A stretch of DNA of 64,000 nucleotides from Candidatus Uhrbacteria bacterium CG10_big_fil_rev_8_21_14_0_10_48_16 (GCA_002793515.1 PFEU01000018.1:32203-96202), one strand, 5' to 3'. Positions 49,789 through 58,189 are shown, numbered from the stretch's first letter. Numbers and translations: made by a program. Notes: generated from the letters alone by a model not told the origin.

Positions 49789-51288
49789 ATGGCCGGACAA
49801 GAACGCATCCCTCCACAAAATCTTGAAGCAGAGCAATCATTGCTTGGATCGCTTCTGATTGATAAGGACGCCATGATTAAAATTGGAGATCGTACAACGC
49901 CTGACGATTTCTACCGAGACTCGCATCGACACATTTTTGAAGCCATGATGCAACTCTACGAGCATCATGACCCAATCGACATCCTTTCTCTTGGAAACCG
50001 ACTTGAAGAACAGGGGCTCCTTCAACGCGTGGGTGGACGCGCGTATCTTGTCGAGCTTTCCAATACGGTTCCTACGTCCGCAAACGTCGCGCACTACGCA
50101 GACATCATTCAAAAGAAGGCAACGCTTCGACGCATCCTGACAGCCGCAACGGAAATTACCCGTATTGGATATGCAGAAGAGGAAGATGTTGAAGCAAGTC
50201 TCGATCAAGCCGAACGAGCCCTCTTTGGTGTTTCAGAAAAGTTCAACAAGAATACCTTTGTTCATATTAAGTCCGTGTTACATGATGCGTTTGATCGCAT
50301 CGATGAACTGCATCGTGACCGCGGAAAGTTGCGGGGAGTCGCAACCGGATACCGAGAGCTCGACGCGCTGTTAGCAGGATTTCAAAAATCGGACCTCATC
50401 ATCTTGGCGGCTCGACCTTCTGTGGGAAAAACGTCGTTTGCCTTGGATATTGCTCGGCAAATTGGCGTGTCTACAAAGGTTCCTGTTGGCTTCTTCTCCC
50501 TCGAAATGAGCAAAGAACAGCTTGTCGATCGTATGATTTGTGCGCAGGCAAACGTCGATCTTTGGAAACTTCGCACCGGACGTCTTTCTGATCGAGATGA
50601 TGATTTCCCTCGTATTGGAACCGCTCTCGGACAGCTCTCGGAAGCTCCGATCTTCATCGATGACGCAGCGGGACTGAACATTATGCAATTGCGTACCAAA
50701 GCGCGCCGTCTCAAAAATGAGCATGGTCTTGGGGTCCTCATGGTTGACTACCTGCAGTTGATGGAAGGACGCACAAGTAAAGGATCTGACAACCGTGTCC
50801 AAGAGGTTTCAGAAATTTCTCGGGGACTCAAAATGATTGCGAAGGAACTTAATATTCCTGTCCTCGCGCTCGCACAGCTTTCTCGTGCGGTAGAACAAAC
50901 CAAACCGGCAATCCCTCGACTTTCTCACTTGCGAGACTCCGGTTCTATCGAACAAGACGCCGATGTGGTGATGTTCATTTATCGAAAGTCTGCTGATCGT
51001 GGCTATCGCCCAGAGGATATTCCCCCTGAAGAAGCGAACATCGCCGAGATTCATATCGCCAAACATCGAAACGGTCCAACAGGAATGGTTCGTCTCTTCT
51101 TTGATAAGACACGCGCATCATTTCAGAATCTTGAGTTGCGTCCTGGCTCAGCGCCACCTCCACCAGCGGATGACAATTCAAGTGGATTTGCTCCTCTTGC
51201 TCGACCACAGCATTCCACTCCCCTAGCTCCACCACCCATCGATCCTAATCCACATATTGAATCGTCCCCTACAGGTGCGGTAAACTAG
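49789..51288 (+). CDS. dnaB: Replicative DNA helicase
   Basis: PPQNLEAEQ, AARPSVGKT, FSLEMS, DYLQLM, LRDSGSIEQDAD, KHRNGPTG; Pro-rich tail. Confidence 0.99.
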   Translation: MAGQERIPPQNLEAEQSLLGSLLIDKDAMIKIGDRTTPDDFYRDSHRHIFEAMMQLYEHHDPIDILSLGNRLEEQGLLQRVGGRAYLVELSNTVPTSANVAHYADIIQKKATLRRILTAATEITRIGYAEEEDVEASLDQAERALFGVSEKFNKNTFVHIKSVLHDAFDRIDELHRDRGKLRGVATGYRELDALLAGFQKSDLIILAARPSVGKTSFALDIARQIGVSTKVPVGFFSLEMSKEQLVDRMICAQANVDLWKLRTGRLSDRDDDFPRIGTALGQLSEAPIFIDDAAGLNIMQLRTKARRLKNEHGLGVLMVDYLQLMEGRTSKGSDNRVQEVSEISRGLKMIAKELNIPVLALAQLSRAVEQTKPAIPRLSHLRDSGSIEQDADVVMFIYRKSADRGYRPEDIPPEEANIAEIHIAKHRNGPTGMVRLFFDKTRASFQNLELRPGSAPPPPADDNSSGFAPLARPQHSTPLAPPPIDPNPHIESSPTGAVN

Positions 51289-51294
51289 AACCCT

Positions 51295-51606
51295 ATGTTC
51301 AACAAACTCAAACACATCAAGGATCTAAAAAAACAGGGAAAGGTCATGCAGAATGAGCTTGCCAGTGTCGTGCATGAAGGATCTTCCGCGCATGGAAAGG
51401 TAAAAATAGTCGTGAACGGAAATCGAGACCTTGTGGAAGTCACTATTGATCCAGAATTTCTCTCTGACGCAAAGAAGCTCGAAGAAGCGATTAAGAGCGC
51501 CTGGAAAGATGCAACAGGGATGAAGTTTCAAATGAAGCTCGCAAAGAAAATGCAGGATATGGGCGGACTCGACATGCTAAAAAACCTAGGGGGAGGTGGA
51601 GAATAG
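51295..51606 (+). CDS. ybaB: YbaB/EbfC nucleoid-associated protein
   Basis: G.VKIVVNGN..VTIDPE; immediately upstream of recR. Confidence 0.88.
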   Translation: MFNKLKHIKDLKKQGKVMQNELASVVHEGSSAHGKVKIVVNGNRDLVEVTIDPEFLSDAKKLEEAIKSAWKDATGMKFQMKLAKKMQDMGGLDMLKNLGGGGE

Positions 51607-52213
51607 ACCTGTGCGTCGGTTCCCTGAACCTATTTCAAATCTTGTCGCGGCGTTTGCGCGACTTCCTGGCGTAGGGCCAAAGACGGCCCTACGTTATGTT
51701 TTTTATCTTCTTCAACAACCAAAATTCGATCTCGACGTGATGGCACGCGCACTCACACAACTCGGAGAGCGCATTCAAACCTGCTCCCGATGTTACACCT
51801 ACACAGAAAGCGAAACGTGTGAGATTTGTTTGGATCCAAAGCGTGATCCCTCTCTCTTGTGTGTCGTCGAAGAAGCACGCGACATCTCCACGATCGAAGC
51901 GACTGGAATGTATTCTGGGTTCTATCATGTCCTCGGGGGAACCCTGAATCCCATCGAAGGCATGACGCCCGACACCATCCGCTTGCGCCAGCTTAAGGCT
52001 CGATTAGAGACGAGTCCGGACGTAAAGGAAATCATCCTCGCCCTCTCTCCCACCGCACACGGAGAAGCCACCATCATGTTCATCCAAAAACAACTTGCCT
52101 CCCCTGGTCGCACCATGACGCGCCTCGCCCGAGGACTCCCACTCGGTGCCACCCTCGAATTCGCCGATGAAGTAACCCTCACTGACGCGCTCAAAGGAAG
52201 AAAGAAACTTTAA
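51596..52213 (+). CDS. recR: Recombination protein RecR
   Basis: LPGVGPKTA, C4 zinc finger, YHVLGG, HGEAT, LEFADEVTL. Confidence 0.98.
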   Translation: MENRPVRRFPEPISNLVAAFARLPGVGPKTALRYVFYLLQQPKFDLDVMARALTQLGERIQTCSRCYTYTESETCEICLDPKRDPSLLCVVEEARDISTIEATGMYSGFYHVLGGTLNPIEGMTPDTIRLRQLKARLETSPDVKEIILALSPTAHGEATIMFIQKQLASPGRTMTRLARGLPLGATLEFADEVTLTDALKGRKKL

Positions 52214-52299
52214 TTCTGGTCGATGGTGACAACGAGAGTGTTGCCTAAAATAAAACGCACGCTGTTCGTGTTTCGACGAGGCGTGCGCCGTGGGTGGAC

Positions 52300-52665
52300 T
52301 CAGAGATGCGATGCGGGTGTGCTGTTCTCCTTCTCGAAAGTTGTGGGGACGTACCCCACCAGGATCATGCCCTCCGAGCACGTGAGAATATGCTCCTCAT
52401 GCGGGGAAAACATGAACATGACAGGAGCCTGGAGCTCACGCTCCTGAACACCGTCGACCTGTGTCCAGGTTCGAACCCGGCACCGCCCCTGGATGAGGAA
52501 GAACCCTTCCGCATGGGGATGGGAGTGGTTGCCCAGTTGCACTCCATCCTTCTGTGTGATGAGTACTTTCCCCTCCACCGTGTGCGGAAAATCCGCAGAA
52601 GGACGGAACGCTGTCAGCGTCCGCCTCTCGTCCGTATGACTGTCTGCCACAGGGAATATCTCCAT
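52300..52665 (-). CDS. GC-rich cupin-fold protein (module E)
   Basis: DERRTL, LGNHSHPHAEGF, PHEEH cupin metal motifs; SD AAGGAAGGA. Confidence 0.75.
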   Translation of the reverse strand: MEIFPVADSHTDERRTLTAFRPSADFPHTVEGKVLITQKDGVQLGNHSHPHAEGFFLIQGRCRVRTWTQVDGVQERELQAPVMFMFSPHEEHILTCSEGMILVGYVPTTFEKENSTPASHL

Positions 52666-52702
52666 GTCGTTCCTTCCTTATTTTAGTTTTTTGACTAAAT
52701 TC

Positions 52703-52731
52703 AACGTACAACAATTAGGCCCGTATGTCAA
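52703..52731 (-). promoter_or_regulatory. Sigma70-type promoter of module E
   Basis: TTGACA (52726-31), N17, TACGTT (52703-08). Confidence 0.7.
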
Positions 52732-52904
52732 TCGAACGAGAGGAAAGACTGATTTAAAATAACCCATAATATAAGGAGAAAGCGATATGTTCTGTGCCTT
52801 CCATCTAAATTCTGTACTGGAAACTGCAAGCCTGAGGCGGTAACATAGATTTGTTGTGATGTGAAACTAATGCTCCAAACCTTCACGCCTTTCAATTGTT
52901 TTTT

Positions 52905-53010
52905 GCACAACAAAGGGATACACGGTTTGGGTCTCAGTTCAGGTCTCACCCCTCCGTAAACCATTCGAGATTCACTGCAAACGACATTAGACAATTATCG
53001 CGCGTTAAGC
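52905..53010 (+). mobile_element. Candidate attC site preceding cassette 1
   Basis: GCACAAC...GTTAAGC with GATA/TATC inner boxes; imperfect dyad. Confidence 0.4.
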
Positions 53011-53042
53011 GAAACAAGTGTGAACATCATATAATTCGATCT

Positions 53043-53822
53043 ATGTTTGGATTACTACGTTTTGAATATTACCTAGCAGGCAGACAGCTATGGTTTAGTA
53101 AAGCTGGACACTTATACTCTCCAAAACTAATGCTTGGCTATGCAATTGAGACAAGTCTTAAACATGGCCTTTTAATTATTGAGGATGCAGGAGTCAGCTT
53201 GGACCAAGATGCAAAAAGTATCCGAGGTAAAAGTCATGATTTAAAAGAGCTACTAAGCACATGTGTTAGATATAATCTCTTCTCAACAATAGATACTTCG
53301 GACGACTTTTTGGACTTTGCTACCAAAGGACTCAACAGCCGATATCCAAAACATATACGAGATAATTTTGATGAAGCTAGCAACAGAGATCCTTATTTAC
53401 TCACAATTAATGTTGGAGAAACTATAGGATACTATGATGATTTAATGCTCAAACTTGATGATGAAATCTGGTCTATAACAAATAAACCAGAATTTTCTGT
53501 TGGATTTCGTGGATCATCACAGGCAAGTTCAGCCACAGGGAAAATATTTTTTCATTGTAACCTTCCTGCAATGCAGAGACTTAAAAAGTACCATGCAACC
53601 GTATCAGAACATAGATCTCATCACGTTAGTGATATTGAATCACTGAATAAGGGGGAGGAATTTTTGTGGAAATATGAAGACCGGTCAACGATAAGTAAAT
53701 CTACTTCTTATGACTCATCAACATTCAAATATAAAAGTGTTGAAGAGACAGAGATTACACTTCACGATGGAACTAAAATTATTGATTATGGTCCGCAACT
53801 AAAAATGTGGTTTCACATTTAA
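53043..53822 (+). CDS. HEPN-like protein, gene cassette 1
   Basis: YYLAGR..GYAIETSLK, HDLKELL, RYP; AT-rich; stop 4 nt before an attC. Confidence 0.65.
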   Translation: MFGLLRFEYYLAGRQLWFSKAGHLYSPKLMLGYAIETSLKHGLLIIEDAGVSLDQDAKSIRGKSHDLKELLSTCVRYNLFSTIDTSDDFLDFATKGLNSRYPKHIRDNFDEASNRDPYLLTINVGETIGYYDDLMLKLDDEIWSITNKPEFSVGFRGSSQASSATGKIFFHCNLPAMQRLKKYHATVSEHRSHHVSDIESLNKGEEFLWKYEDRSTISKSTSYDSSTFKYKSVEETEITLHDGTKIIDYGPQLKMWFHI

Positions 53823-53826
53823 CTAC

Positions 53827-53883
53827 GCCTAACACTGCATATCCAAAATACTAGCTACTTCGGATCATGCAGAAACGTTAGAT
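53827..53883 (+). mobile_element. Integron attC site (57 bp)
   Basis: GCCTAAC...GTTAGAT; arms CTGCATATCC / GGATCATGCAG. Confidence 0.8.
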
Positions 53884-53915
53884 ACCATACACCTTACCAA
53901 TTAAAGAAGAAAAAC

Positions 53916-54410
53916 ATGCAGGATTTACTCGAACAAATAGAAAAAGGGCTTGAGGCTAATCTTTATTACTTATCACTTTTTGTAGCCTTGGCTATTCCAG
54001 ATATATGTGGAGCAATTGACGCATCGGATGGCGAAGCTTCAAAAGCAAAATATATAAAATGGTTCGATGAACACTTACAAACCAAATATAGCACTTCGTT
54101 TAATGGTGAACTTTGCTATTATTTTAGGTGCTCGCTTCTTCATCAAGGTTCATCTCAACATTCGAAAAGTAGATACAAACGAATAATGTTCATTGAACCA
54201 GACAGAAGCATAAGAATTCATCGAAGTATTATGAATGATGCTTACTTCATAGACGTAAAAGACTTTTGTAATGATATGGTCGAAGCCTGCAAAGGATGGC
54301 TGCAAAAAGTGGAAACGACACCTTTATTCCAAACAAATTCTATTAAATTTATAATGCGTTATCCTCAAGGCCTCAAACCTTATGTTAGCGGAGTTCCAGT
54401 AATCGGCTGA
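53916..54410 (+). CDS. HEPN-superfamily-like protein with RxxxxH motif, gene cassette 2
   Basis: ALAIPDICG, YIKWFD, YYFRCSLLHQG. Confidence 0.7.
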   Translation: MQDLLEQIEKGLEANLYYLSLFVALAIPDICGAIDASDGEASKAKYIKWFDEHLQTKYSTSFNGELCYYFRCSLLHQGSSQHSKSRYKRIMFIEPDRSIRIHRSIMNDAYFIDVKDFCNDMVEACKGWLQKVETTPLFQTNSIKFIMRYPQGLKPYVSGVPVIG

Positions 54411-54416
54411 CACAGC

Positions 54417-54503
54417 ACTTAACACTGCATAAACGGTTACGCTTCATTTCTTTCCGCTTCGCCCATATTGATTCGCAACATCAGATATACGCAGACGTTA
54501 GCT
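54417..54503 (+). mobile_element. Integron attC site (87 bp)
   Basis: ACTTAAC...GTTAGCT; CTGCATA/TACGCAG and GTTACG/CGCAAC arms; shares TAACACTGCATA with the previous attC. Confidence 0.8.
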
Positions 54504-54608
54504 AAACTATCTCTTTTCTTTTTTAAACCATCCCTCCTTCACTAAGACTATAACAAACAAATACCAAATTATTTAAAAACTTAGTGAACGTCTTTTTTTA
54601 TCAATAAT

Positions 54609-54991
54609 ATGATGAAAGTAGAGTTTAAAAAATCTAAATTGCATGGCATTGGTATTTTCGCCATGGCTGATATTCAAGCTGATGAAATTATTGAAATCTG
54701 TCCAATAATAATGTTGAATGCAAAAGATACAAACGAGATCGATAAAACACATTTGTATGATTATTATTTCAGTTGGAGAGAACAAGGTTCTGCAATTTCT
54801 TTAGGATATGCTCACTCTATAATCATTCTTACGAACCCAATGCTAAATACGATAAAGATTTTGTAAACAATCGGATTGTTTTTACATCAGTTAAAACAGT
54901 TAAAAAGGGCGAAGAAATTACTGTGAATTACAATGGAGATCCTGATAAGAAAGAAAAGGTTTGGTTTGAAAAATCAGAATTGAATAGCTAA
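54609..54991 (+). pseudogene. SET-domain protein, frameshifted near 54810 (cassette 3)
   Basis: KSKLHGIGIFA...LGY in one frame and SLYNHSYEPNA...GEEITVNY in another; one added base restores LGYGSLYNH. Confidence 0.8.
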
Positions 54992-55053
54992 AGTGAACTC
55001 CAAGCTTGCTCCGTTTCACTCTGCAAAACACCGCAAATACTGAAATGTTAGCT
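54986..55053 (+). mobile_element. Degenerate attC site
   Basis: AGCTAAA (mutated R'', nearly complementary to the cassette-start GTTAGCT)...GTTAGCT; left arm appears deleted. Confidence 0.55.
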
Positions 55054-55311
55054 GAAATATGTATACCCTAGAATTATCAAACCCTATGAAGTTTGAGATA
55101 ATTTATCTAAACGAGTAAACACACATCACATCATATAAGACACATAAAAAACTTCCGATGTTGGTTATGTTTTGTATAAGAAAAGCCCCGAGTGAAGTCG
55201 AGCAGTGGCTCTTCTCCACGCGGGGCGCGTGTCATCACACCGGTTCGACCTAGCTCATGCGTCCACTAGACGATGACTCCTCGGTCGAGTTGGTGTGGGG
55301 ATGTGGGTTGT

Positions 55312-55899
55312 CTACCCGTTGGCGTCCGCCTTGCTGGGAGCGTCGTGCTCGGCGAGGACGTCGTCCCAGGTGCTGAGGAAGATCTCGCCCATGTCGGGTC
55401 GGTAGATCAGGGCGTGCGTGGTCCAGAACTCGAGCGAGTCCTGGCGCTCGTTGGTATCGGGCTTGGTGTTGCACGGCTCGTTGGGAGCGATCACGCCCGG
55501 GTAGCAGGTGACGAGCATGAACTCATCAAGGAAGACCTTCTTGCCATCCTCCCACTTGAACTTCGGCTGAACGACGACGACCAAGGTCGAGACGTCCGGG
55601 ATGCTGTTCGTCGGGAGGAGGAGGACTCGACTGGGGCCCTTGCGCGGGCCCCGACGGACGAACTGGAGCTCCTCGTTGGTGTGAGAAGCGAGGGTGGTGA
55701 CCAGCGTCGCCGGAGCGATCGACCGGCCCATCTGGACCTCGAAGGCCTTCTTGTCCGTCACGTTGGTCAGGTCGAGTCCCCCGATGCATCCCTCGAAGAG
55801 GACGACCAGGTTCTCGTCTCGTGCCCAGTACTCCTGGGCGTTGGGGTAGGGAAAGACGGATGAACCGTCACGGGTCGTGTAAACGTCACCGAGAGGCAT
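55312..55899 (-). CDS. GC-rich uncharacterised protein (module F)
   Basis: ATG 55899 after AGGAGG; conserved-looking 'R.gR.GPSR', 'LVTCYPG..APNEP', 'FWTTHAL'. Confidence 0.75.
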   Translation of the reverse strand: MPLGDVYTTRDGSSVFPYPNAQEYWARDENLVVLFEGCIGGLDLTNVTDKKAFEVQMGRSIAPATLVTTLASHTNEELQFVRRGPRKGPSRVLLLPTNSIPDVSTLVVVVQPKFKWEDGKKVFLDEFMLVTCYPGVIAPNEPCNTKPDTNERQDSLEFWTTHALIYRPDMGEIFLSTWDDVLAEHDAPSKADANG

Positions 55900-55942
55900 G
55901 AAGCCCTCCTGTCCTCGACCAGGGATTGGCGAGAGACAAACC

Positions 55943-55971
55943 AAGGTATCAAAAAACAGGCCCTTTGTCAA
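55943..55971 (-). promoter_or_regulatory. Sigma70-type promoter of module F
   Basis: TTGACA (55966-71), N17, TGa-TACCTT (55943-48). Confidence 0.72.
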
Positions 55972-55995
55972 TGCATAGGCCTGTTTTCTTTCCTT

Positions 55996-57774
55996 TTACT
56001 CCAGGAATCCGCCGGCTTGGATCTCCCACAACTTCTTGTAGATATTGGTCTTCTTTTTAAGAAGTTGATCGTGTGTGCCGGAATCAACAACTTGACCTTC
56101 ATCGATCACGAGAATGCGATCCATCTTCATGATGGTCGACAGACGATGCGCAATGACAATGGTGGTTTTTCCTTTCATCAGCTCCTCAAGCGCTTGCTGG
56201 ATCAGCAACTCAGATTCTGAATCAAGACTGGAGGTAGCCTCATCAAGGACAAGAATTGGTGCGTTCTTGAGAATGGCTCGAGCAATGGCAATCCGCTGAC
56301 GCTCTCCCCCCGACAACTTTACCCCACGCTCTCCCACGAAGGTTTCATAGCCTTGGGAAAGACTCTCAATAAACTCATGAGCGTGTGCCTTTTTCGCGGA
56401 TTCAATCACCTCTTCATCTGTCGCGTCTCTTCGTCCGTACCGAATATTTTCCATCACAGTTCGATGGAACAAGATCGGTTCCTGAGGAACAAGAGCAAGA
56501 TTTTCACGCAGACTCTCCTGCGTGACCTTTGCGATGTTTTGGTTCCCGATGAGGATCTTTCCTCTCTCCACATCATAGAAGCGGAACAGAAGTTTTGTGA
56601 TGGTCGACTTCCCCGCCCCAGAAGGACCCACCAACGCGATTTTTTCTCCTGACTCAATAACAAGATTCATGTCACGAAGAATACGCCGAGTCTTATTGAA
56701 GCTAAAAAAGACATTCTGAAACTCAATCCTTCCTGTTTGAACTTGAAGTTCTTTCGCTGTTCGCGCATCTTTAATCTCGATAGGCATCTGAAGAATCTCC
56801 ACCATCTCATCTGCATCCGCCAGTGCGGTAAACACACGACGAACCGCACGACCAAAGTCCCAAATCTTCATGAAAATTCCAATGAGATATCCTTGAATCA
56901 ATGCAAAGTCTCCAATGGTGAGCACGCCTTGTTGCCAAAGTTTCACCGCGTAATACATGATGATAAACTCAATGGCAAACATGAACGCGGATTGAAATGC
57001 TTCAAGAATCTCGGCAAGATTCCACGTGAACGTATTGGATCTTCGAAGTCGCTCCGTGACCTCTTTGTACAATGTTTTCTCGAAGCCTTTTCCCGTAAAC
57101 AACTTAACCGTCACGGCATTGGTAATAGAATCTGCAGCGATTCCTGTTGCTTCGGAATCAATCGCGGCGCGTCTGAAATCATACTTAAGCTTCCATCGTG
57201 CATAGAGAATATTAAACACCATGAACGACACGACCCACACAAGAAGAATCAGGGCCAAGAAGGTACTGCGCGTTGCCAGCACAATCAAATTCCCCGTAAG
57301 AACGATGGTCAGAGGAATAAAGTGATACTGAATCTGATCGGCTACATCCTCAAACGATCGCGAGAGTCGACTCACTTTTCTCACCAATGACCCAGCGAAA
57401 TTGTTAGAAAAGAATTTGTACGAATGTTCATGCAGATGTGCCAACGAGGTCTGTTCTAGATCTGCCATCATGCGTGGCTGAAACCAGTTACTGATCAGAT
57501 TTGATACACGCCACATCACCCACATTCCCCCATGTATGACCGCCACAATAATCAATGTCCCTACAAGAAGCGATGGAAGCTGATCTGGATCAGCAGGAAG
57601 ATCACCGGAGAGCAGATCGAAAAATCGCTTGTAGAACAGTGGAGCGATCACGTCGAGAATATTTGAAATCCCAATCAAGAAGAGAATCAAAAAGAGACGT
57701 CCTTTATATCGACGCGCATGTTCCCAATACACTTTGAGAATTTGACGTGTTTGAATTTTTTCTGTGTTTTTCAT
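55996..57774 (-). CDS. ABC transporter, fused permease and ATPase
   Basis: Six TMs; GPSGAGKST, LSGGERQR, LDEATSSLD, IAHRLST. Confidence 0.95.
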   Translation of the reverse strand: MKNTEKIQTRQILKVYWEHARRYKGRLFLILFLIGISNILDVIAPLFYKRFFDLLSGDLPADPDQLPSLLVGTLIIVAVIHGGMWVMWRVSNLISNWFQPRMMADLEQTSLAHLHEHSYKFFSNNFAGSLVRKVSRLSRSFEDVADQIQYHFIPLTIVLTGNLIVLATRSTFLALILLVWVVSFMVFNILYARWKLKYDFRRAAIDSEATGIAADSITNAVTVKLFTGKGFEKTLYKEVTERLRRSNTFTWNLAEILEAFQSAFMFAIEFIIMYYAVKLWQQGVLTIGDFALIQGYLIGIFMKIWDFGRAVRRVFTALADADEMVEILQMPIEIKDARTAKELQVQTGRIEFQNVFFSFNKTRRILRDMNLVIESGEKIALVGPSGAGKSTITKLLFRFYDVERGKILIGNQNIAKVTQESLRENLALVPQEPILFHRTVMENIRYGRRDATDEEVIESAKKAHAHEFIESLSQGYETFVGERGVKLSGGERQRIAIARAILKNAPILVLDEATSSLDSESELLIQQALEELMKGKTTIVIAHRLSTIMKMDRILVIDEGQVVDSGTHDQLLKKKTNIYKKLWEIQAGGFLE

Positions 57775-57791
57775 AAAAGAAAATCGCCGGG

Positions 57792-58112
57792 TTAAGCGGC
57801 GATTTTTTCAATCTTGACTCGAGTGAATGGCTGTCTGTGCCCAACGTTTCGTCGGTATCGAGACTTTGACTTATACTTGATAACCGAGACTTTGTCCGCT
57901 CGATCATGCTCAAGAATTGTCGCCGACACTTTTGCGCCGCTAAGAATTGGTGTTCCAATTTGTGTTGCTGTTCCTTCATCATCAGAAACAAGAAGCACAT
58001 CAAAATTGATGGTTGCTCCTACTTCTGATTCAAGCTTTTCAATCTTAAGCTCCTGTCCTTCACGGACGATGTACTGCTTCCCCCCTGCTTTAATGACGGC
58101 GAATGTTGCCAT
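57792..58112 (-). CDS. rplU: 50S ribosomal protein L21
   Basis: FAVIKAGGKQY, GHRQPFTRVKI. Confidence 0.98.
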   Translation of the reverse strand: MATFAVIKAGGKQYIVREGQELKIEKLESEVGATINFDVLLVSDDEGTATQIGTPILSGAKVSATILEHDRADKVSVIKYKSKSRYRRNVGHRQPFTRVKIEKIAA

Positions 58113-58189
58113 ATCGAGTGTTCCGCGGTTCCTTCAAGCCATAAGGCAAGCGTGTACCAGCGATTTCGTTAAGTAATAACGGGGGTATT

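Noticed and set aside
52787-52843. 18-codon ORF MFCAFHLNSVLETASLRR after an AAGGAG motif
   Set aside because: Too short to support; it may be debris of an upstream cassette but there is no independent evidence.
52728-52994. 88-aa minus-strand ORF in the position where intI would lie
   Set aside because: No tyrosine-recombinase motifs (R, HxxR, Y); it overlaps the candidate attC and is probably spurious.
52896-53042. N-terminal extension of the cassette 1 ORF in the ORF track
   Set aside because: It runs through the candidate attC from a TTG start; ATG 53043 fits cassette architecture better.
55273-55863. 196-aa plus-strand ORF, and similar antisense ORFs over modules A-E
   Set aside because: Shadow ORFs expected in GC-rich DNA; promoter, SD and terminator all support the opposite strand.
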